A stretch of 5,620 nt of DNA from Paraspadella gotoi (Eukaryota > Animalia > Chaetognatha), in the NCBI GenBank assembly GCA_051294375.1, contig JBJCIZ010000916.1:1-5620 (forward strand). Direction: 5' to 3'. Below the pieces are notes generated by a model that saw only the letters and a program-made list of their open reading frames with translations, was not told where the DNA came from and searched no databases. Below, piece by piece: positions 1 through 5,620 of the stretch (its first letter is position 1; the number at the start of each line of letters is the position of its first letter). A program made the position numbers and the translations under genes.

Positions 1-2
1 AT

Positions 3-197
3 CTCTTCTTCATCGTCTCCTTCATCTCCATCTTCTTCTTCGACAGTGTCCTCGTCTTCCGAAGGGTCGTCAAATTCGTCATTCCAATTTCTTGAGTTCT
101 TTATTTTTTTCCTTTGGCCTTTTCCTTTCGTGGATTTCATTCTGATCGCTTGTGCCTTCGCCGCGGGATCAGTCTCGCGTTTGTCTACCACACGTTC
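3..197 (-). pseudogene. Coding-like fragment running off the window edge, with a basic patch followed by an acidic tract (possible LINE ORF1 C-terminus or host gene fragment)
   Basis: 65 stop-free codons, ERVVDKRETDPAAKAQAIRMKSTKGKGQRKKIKNSRNWNDEFDDPSEDEDTVEEEDGDEGDDEEE, with clear GAA/GAT/GAC codon periodicity. The frame is preceded by an in-frame TAA (198-200). Upstream peptide can only be joined by a frameshift at the T9 run (269-277). Confidence 0.45.
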
Positions 198-313
198 TTA
201 CATTTTCCGAATGTTCGGCTCGGAATTCAACTTCTGGTGCTGCACTGCCAAATTTTTGTAGTCGGTTATTTTTTTTTACTTCTTCTCGAATCCTGTTGAG
301 GGTTTCATTGCCT

Positions 314-338
314 NNNNNNNNNNNNNNNNNNNNNNNNN
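314..338. other. Assembly gap (25 N)
   Basis: Exactly 25 n characters; contiguity across the gap is not guaranteed. Confidence 0.99.
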
Positions 339-578
339 AAATCGTTCAAACTGAAAGTTCTTTTCACATTTTTCGGCTAATGTTCCGTTGTGTTTTAATC
401 GGTTTTGTTGTTTTTCTTCATGTCTTCTGCTTCAAGGATGCCCTCATCAACTTCGCCGGTGGTTGAGATGTAGTTGGCAGTCCCACGTATGTATTTGACG
501 GGCGACGTGGAGCCCTTTCAGTGATCTTGAGGTTGTTTATAGTAGAACGGGACATGCCGCCGCGCCCTCTGCGCCTTG

Positions 579-722
579 TCCTCGACGTTACGTGCGATTG
601 CGGGGGCAGTTCCTTGTTTGATCCAGGAGGTTCATGTTTTCCAAATCAGACCGGCGCTCGGCTGGCCGGCGGAGTCGCTCAACTCCAGAACTGGCCAATT
701 GGCCGACGTTCGAGGAAGCAGA
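579..722. repeat. Diverged direct repeat, copy 1
   Basis: Colinear exact blocks shared with 5500-5620: gggggcagttcctt (602-615 / 5524-5537), ttttccaaat (637-646 / 5554-5563), caactccagaactggcc (680-696 / 5582-5598). Confidence 0.92.
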
Positions 723-1525
723 CTGGGCCCTTGGTTGACTGTGTCCAGGACTCGGAGGGCCTGGCGGCCACGTGCCTCTGCCCTAGGAAGCTTATATATC
801 TTTTCTTCTTTCTTTATGATTTTTTCTCTTATCTTCTGTTCATTACCTTCAGTCCCTCAAACATCTTTGTTATCGTTCATTTATTTTCATCTAACTTCAC
901 TCTGCTTTTAGGTTAGATTTCATTTAGTTCTGCCCTTTCATTTGATGACGGGTAATGGCGATGGCAGGTGGTACTTCGTGGGAGGTCGGTGCTATCTGTC
1001 GGTGTGACCTAAGTAATGCAGGGGGTCTGTGTGAGTAGGTCTTGATTGAAGCGTTGCAGGAGACCTTGCTATGTCCAGTTATCGTTGAAAGATGGTGATG
1101 GGGCCTTAAACGCAACCAATAGCTCTGTGTCCAATTTCAGGTGGCAGATAGCTTAGTTTAGTTGAAACATGAGGATAAATTTGTACTCTTGGTGTTTGTA
1201 CCATTTCATAAGAAAAGACAATGCCTCAGTTTTGACCTCGATTGTACAGTGGACGAATTTCACGAGATGGAAATGTGAGGTAATGTGATTTGTGCATTAA
1301 GCATTTGTTTTTTACGTTTTATCGCTTTAGTTAAAGTATTTTTAAGCCTGGTTATAACTTGTATATTATTCGCGGCATTTCCCTGTTAGCTACGGCTTTT
1401 GGACATCATATCTTTTTGTTTCTCCTTTGTTTGTCCTCAAAGTTTATTCGTCTTGATCTCATGTTTCCGCGCGAGATGTCTTATGACGATCTGTCCTATG
1501 AATTTGAAATACGTGGCTTCGTTCG

Positions 1526-1566
1526 TCCTCTCTCTCTCTCTCTCCTCTCTTCTCTCTCTCTCTTCT

Positions 1567-1601
<35 letters not shown>
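1526..1601. repeat. Imperfect (TC)n/(GA)n microsatellite
   Basis: 76 consecutive pyrimidines on the + strand, mostly TC units with phase slips. Confidence 0.97.
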
Positions 1602-1803
1602 GTCTCTTCGGTTTCCTGGGTCCTTTCATCGCGAGATTTGCATTAAAGGACCGGGTGGAATGGCTGTCATGGTTTTTGTGTTAAGAATTCTTTCTTAATT
1701 TTTCACGGTTTAGTTTTTTCTGTTGTTTTAAATTGTAAGCTGTAATTGAAAACCTATAACGAGCCCATGGCTTAATGGTTCTTTGCCATCGCGCTAAAAT
1801 TGG

Positions 1804-1813
1804 CTCCTCTCTG

Positions 1814-1846
<33 letters not shown>

Positions 1847-1891
1847 TCTCCTTCTCTCTCTCCTTCTCTCTCTCTCTGGCTTCTCTCTCCC
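1804..1891. repeat. Imperfect (TC)n/(GA)n microsatellite
   Basis: 88-nt TC-rich tract with only three G interruptions; pure pyrimidine over 1814-1877. Confidence 0.97.
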
Positions 1892-2097
1892 GAAAGTCGT
1901 TTAAAATTCTTCTCGTTTTCATTGTTTTTTGGTTGTCAAGCGCTGAATCACCGGTCGGGGTGTATCGCTGCCGATCGTGACCGGTTCGGATGGTATGGAT
2001 GGTCATTGAGGAGGAGGAAGTCGTACGAGCATCGGACTAACGCGCGATCGAGCGTAAGAAATGAGGTAAGGAAGAGCATCGATGGTTTCATGAGTCG

Positions 2098-3360
2098 CTA
2101 AATGGGGCGGAAAGAGAGGACCTGAGAGTGGAGAAGACGAGGAGGGATGTATGGAGCAGAGCAGAGGGATGAGAGCGGACAGAAGTTCTCTATTGCATAC
2201 GCGGCGTGGCTGCAGGGGGTTAGTGGGACGTGAGCGTGGGGCGCCAGAGTGGATGTGCGAGGGTTCGTCGAGTCGGCTCTCCTCACGGTCTTTCTGTCGG
2301 TGATCCTCCTATGTTTCTGGCTTGAATTCTGAATTACGGGCTCGTTGAAGGAGCGTATTGTAAGGGCGCTCCTAGTATGTCCTTTCTCTTCTTATTTCCA
2401 GATAGCGATTACAGCGACATTCGCGGATTCCCAGAATAGAAGAGACAAGATATAAAATAATTCATGTAAGCAGTAAAGAGTGATATGTTAAAAATTTTAA
2501 GACAAAGAGAATCAATAGTTAAACTATTGCTATTTGTATAATATAAGAGGATCTAGCGGATCAGAAAAGGAGTTTCAACCTTTTCGTTCAGAATTGCAAC
2601 AGATTGGAGGAGGGAAAATGTTAGGGGAGTGAAAATTGACGGAATCTTGGATTGGTGGCCATAAGATTATATTGACCAAGTCTCAGATTACAAGTAATGG
2701 AATTAAAAATCTGGAAACTAATTAGATAATAATATAAATATTTTTAAAATTTTTTGATATATTTTTTATTTTGAATTTTATTATTTTATTATAGTGCTAA
2801 TGATAAATTAATTTAATTCTGGTGTGTAACATATTATTTGCTAATATGTTTTTCATGTTTTATAAAGATGGTGTATGTCAATATGTTAAATATCTTTGAT
2901 ACTTAATATCTTTTTATCTTCACACAAGTACAATTTTATTTATGAATATTTTTTAAATTAACATATTATTTTAATCTACAGTCTGTAATAATTTTGATCA
3001 TTATTTGTTACTCATAAAAGTTATGATTAATCAAAATCTGATTATCAACCCGTAACCTAGTTTTCAGCGCCGTGTTCTTTTATGAACAAACAATGAGGTC
3101 TTCCCTTTGATTCGTCTTCGTAGTCTCGAACCAGAAGAAACGTATTACAGAGAATGACTGTTTTTCATGTTTTTCTTCTGTTTAATTCTTCGCCCTAATC
3201 ACAACTGGATCCAAAAAAGGAGGGAAGTTTGAGAGTGTAAAAGCCGATGACGTTTTTGGTTTCGTCGATGGAGGGAATTAGAATGAGGGCATACTCAAGT
3301 TATTAAGAATAGTTTTTTGATGCCAAAATTGTATATGTTCTTATAACTCAAGTCAATTTT
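2098..3360 (-). mobile_element. Possible second, more eroded ORF1-like remnant split by AT-rich DNA
   Basis: LIPSIDETKNVIG (3281-3243) and SGSRLRRRIK (3135-3106) come first. After an AT-rich interval come IRECRCNR (2428-2405), KGHTRSA (2385-2365) and CSHAAYAIENFCP (2214-2176), loosely like knuckle 1 and the H.A....CP end of knuckle 3. The frame is open from 2391 to 2098. The resemblance is weak. Confidence 0.2.
2700..3060. other. Very AT-rich low-complexity block
   Basis: Runs of A/T such as aatataaaatatttttaaaattttttgatatattttttattttg, almost no CpG, no ORF in the supplied track, and clear contrast with the GC-richer 1950-2430 segment. Confidence 0.8.
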
Positions 3361-4499
3361 TCAGCTTTTGACGGAGTTTGCTTGTCGTATAAAATAGTGT
3401 AATATAATATATTTACAGATTGAGCTTTCGTGAGATAGAAGCTTAACTCTTTTCGGAACCTTGTGTTTTATTAATGATTCCTCGTTATTTCGAAAGATAA
3501 CTCTACATTCAAATTTCAATTTTAAATTTTAAATGAAATCTATCGATATACAATATTCATAATAATGTATCTAACCTTTTTAATTCTAAAGATTAGTAAT
3601 AGTTACAGTATAGGACTAAGCTCTGCGAACAAAGCCGCAGGTTTATATTTAATATTTCTTCTGTATACCGGCCAAGGTAGTAATGGATGGGCATGATGTA
3701 GCATTTTACTTTCGAGAAAAATGCCAACCATAGACAGGGTATAGAGATATTATATTCATAATCTTCGGGTAAAGTCGCCCCTTCTTTGGAGATTTTCGCT
3801 TCATAGAGATTTGTTCCCCATCTGATCGCCGGTGGAAAACTCTTAGATATTCGTCATTTAGTCCTCTTTGTACTTTACGTTAAATTAAAAATTTTCACCA
3901 AAATGGACTATTCAATCTTTACCTGTCGTATTTCTATCAGAATTAACATGAAATGTGAGAAAATTTTGAGGCCTTCAGACATTCTTTTGGCAAAGGATTC
4001 TCATAAATGGACCTCAGTTTGTGACTGGACATCCTCTGTCATCGTTTTTTATCATGTTTTCAGGAAATATTCCTTTCATTTCTATATTAGAATTCTAGTA
4101 GATAGAAATTTTTCCATCGAGAGCAGTGTATTTGTTCTGGTGTTTGATACTCAAGATGATGATTTTTGACAAAAGAAAAAATGCCGGCTTTCTTCGATTG
4201 CAACAGGATCCGGAGTCAAGTCGTTGTTTACGATCGAGATTTTACCGGAATTTTTCTAGGAGCGGTTGGTATTGTGTTTGGTGTCGATTTGATCGAAATC
4301 TCCAGTTTGAAAAAGTCTTCCTCGATCTCTAAGAACGACACCCGCGCGTGGGGGGGGAAAACTCTAACAAATTATTTGGGAACCTTCATAATTTAATATA
4401 TCTAGTATTATATATTCTATGTATATAAAAGTGAATTAAGCATTGTAAGATATTTTTAGACAGAAAAGCGTCTGGGTAAGGGACTGCTTTTTTCTGCTT

Positions 4500-5220
4500 C
4501 TCTCTTTCTAGACTCTGAGGTTATTTTTGTCGCTTTCTGTGATGATTGATGACTCAGGTGTGACGACGGTGAGATGAATTGGCTCCTGCTCTGGGGAATT
4601 GATGACATTGATGATTGATGTATGATGCATTGAAGTCTAATGACAGAAGACGAGAATGACTCTTGACTCTACATAATACATATGTTGATGACAAAATCAC
4701 GACCTGGATGTGTAATGATCGTTCTTAGACAAGTTGATGAGCCAATTTTCTCCTTGACACCGGAAACGTTAGATAATTGCGATGATTGACCATGAAGCTC
4801 AGGCTTGGTCTGATTGGTTTCTTATGATGACAAGGCGTGTGGTACCTCTGTCGACTCCCGCCGATCGGCGATAGTTCGTCTGACCCGTCTTGACAATGTG
4901 CGGCGATGATAGGCGATGACTATGGCACGGATTGGTTTTATTATGATAGCCGTTTTATTCGAATGCACGAAGGTTGATTCAGTTACCCAGAAACAACGAT
5001 AGCATAATCAAGTCTGCATAAATGAGTTAAAAGAAAGGCGGTGCGAGAGGGTAAACATCAATAATGATAATAAGTCATCAGTACCTAGCACATGTATACA
5101 ATATTTTAAACAATTGTTTTCTATCCGTACGTAAAAAAGGGATCCAATTAGCTTCATTAATGAGTATCATGGAATTATTTGGATTTAGGATACTACAATT
5201 CTTAGTAATCAAAGTCTTTT
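4500..5220 (-). mobile_element. Possible vestige of a LINE ORF2 apurinic-endonuclease (APE) domain
   Basis: Fragments in APE-like order: ILINEANW (5167-5144), FLRTDRK (5137-5117), IIIIDVYP (5071-5048), AIVVSG*LN (5003-4977), then again RGTTRLVIIRN (4849-4817), DFVINI (4698-4681), LLSLDFNA (4649-4626). They lie downstream, on the minus strand, of the ORF1-tail-like repeat copy 2. No motif is canonical and no reverse-transcriptase motif was found. Confidence 0.22.
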
Positions 5221-5499
5221 CTTGCGTTATTGTTATAACATAGTTATAAGGTCACATGTAGTATAACCAAACAAGAAACAATACACTGTCACAGAATGAC
5301 AGCTTCGTTTATTCTTAACTTAGGGAAGGTCGATCGTTGGATCCGTGCACTTACAGATAGCTCGAAGGTCGAACAACGAAGAGAAATGGAGGGTATTTTG
5401 AACAATGATATATGAGGCGCAAAGGATGATTCGTGCATGGAAACATATACCTTTCTCGCGATCATCTTGGTGTTTTTCTCTTTCTTTCTCGCTTCATTT

Positions 5500-5620
5500 T
5501 CCTCTCCGTATACGGCGATGCGGGGGGGCAGTTCCTTTTCTGATCCGGAGCCATTTTCCAAATTCACACGGTGGCCGCATCCAACTCCAGAACTGGCCGA
5601 TTGGCCACGTTCAGAGCAGA
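5500..5620. repeat. Diverged direct repeat, copy 2 (runs off the window end)
   Basis: Same three exact blocks as 579-722. Minus-strand peptides also correspond: GQSASSGV...NLEN...GSEKELPP here vs GQLASSGV...DLEN / GSNKELPP in copy 1. Confidence 0.92.

Larger units (their letters stand above)
339..1803 (-). mobile_element. Degenerate gag-like ORF1 remnant of a non-LTR retrotransposon (I/Jockey-like), interrupted by a (GA)n tract
   Basis: Minus-strand fragments in several frames follow the order expected for I/Jockey-type ORF1: IVIRHL (1490-1473), NIQVITRL (1367-1344), SHYLTFPSREIRP (1288-1250), VQTPRVQIYPH (1201-1169), knuckle halves IGHRAIGC (1135-1112) and TGHSKVSC (1079-1056), then EQKIREKIIKKEEKIYKLPRAEAR (841-770), resembling the post-knuckle E.EI..IK....ISY.EAR helix, then an S/P/R-rich tail. 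There are many stops and frameshifts, and the first two Cys of each knuckle are missing. Boundaries are approximate and recognition is by eye only. Confidence 0.45.

Noticed and set aside
46-916. Overlapping + strand ORFs (46-261, 114-299, 152-466, 521-916, 576-911) as membrane-protein genes
   Set aside because: Their F/L/S-rich composition is the antisense shadow of A-rich K/E codons on the minus strand. They overlap mutually, one spans the N gap, and none has a recognisable domain.
1359-2101. ORFs 1359-1646, 1399-1698, 1775-2101 (+) and 1794-2006 (-)
   Set aside because: They stay open because (TC)n/(GA)n contains no stop codons; the LSLSLS and RERERE runs are microsatellite translations.
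2349-2373. Hairpin aggagcg-N11-cgctcct as a terminator or Helitron end
   Set aside because: Only a 7-bp stem, no U-tract, and the CTAG overlaps the stem instead of lying downstream; expected by chance.
2513-2529. Perfect 8-1-8 inverted repeat caatagtt-a-aactattg as an operator
   Set aside because: AT-rich, single occurrence and no adjacent gene; plausible by chance in a window of this size and composition.
3903-4396. Three short overlapping + strand ORFs as a frameshifted gene
   Set aside because: No recognisable motif in any frame, and the lengths are within chance expectation.
4824-4883. C/D box snoRNA (atgatga ... ctga)
   Set aside because: No terminal stem and no recognisable rRNA guide; TGATGA words are locally abundant.
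5289-5567. 92-aa minus-strand ORF as a standalone gene
   Set aside because: It starts at GTG with the frame open to the window edge and overlaps repeat copy 2, whose sister copy is frameshifted. It is better treated as part of the repeat.
579-5620. The two direct repeats as LTRs of an LTR retrotransposon
   Set aside because: No TG...CA termini, primer-binding site, or RT/RNase H/integrase motifs between them, and the repeat looks like internal coding sequence. Copy 2 is truncated by the window, so this is not fully excluded.
1-5620. CRISPR array, tRNA, rRNA or prokaryotic operon
   Set aside because: No regularly spaced repeats with unique spacers, no cloverleaf or rRNA signature, and no long ORFs.

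Overview
This window looks eukaryotic, repeat-derived and of low sequence quality. It has a 25-N gap (314-338), two long imperfect (TC)n microsatellites (1526-1601, 1804-1891), an AT-rich block (~2700-3060) and a diverged ~120-140 bp direct repeat (579-722 vs 5500-5620). I see no intact protein-coding gene, RNA gene or CRISPR array, and the supplied + strand ORFs look like shadows of low-complexity or antisense sequence. Hand translation of the minus strand gives frameshifted, stop-ridden fragments whose order resembles non-LTR retrotransposon (I/Jockey-like LINE) proteins. The best case is a gag-like ORF1 over ~1800 to 340 with eroded zinc knuckles. Weaker cases are APE-endonuclease-like traces (~5220-4500) and a second ORF1-like trace (~3360-2100). 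The most interesting reading is a same-strand, head-to-tail pile of decayed LINE pieces associated with GA/TC microsatellites. This is by-eye inference, and uncorrected long-read noise could explain much of the decay. I cannot support a novel biological system from this sequence alone.
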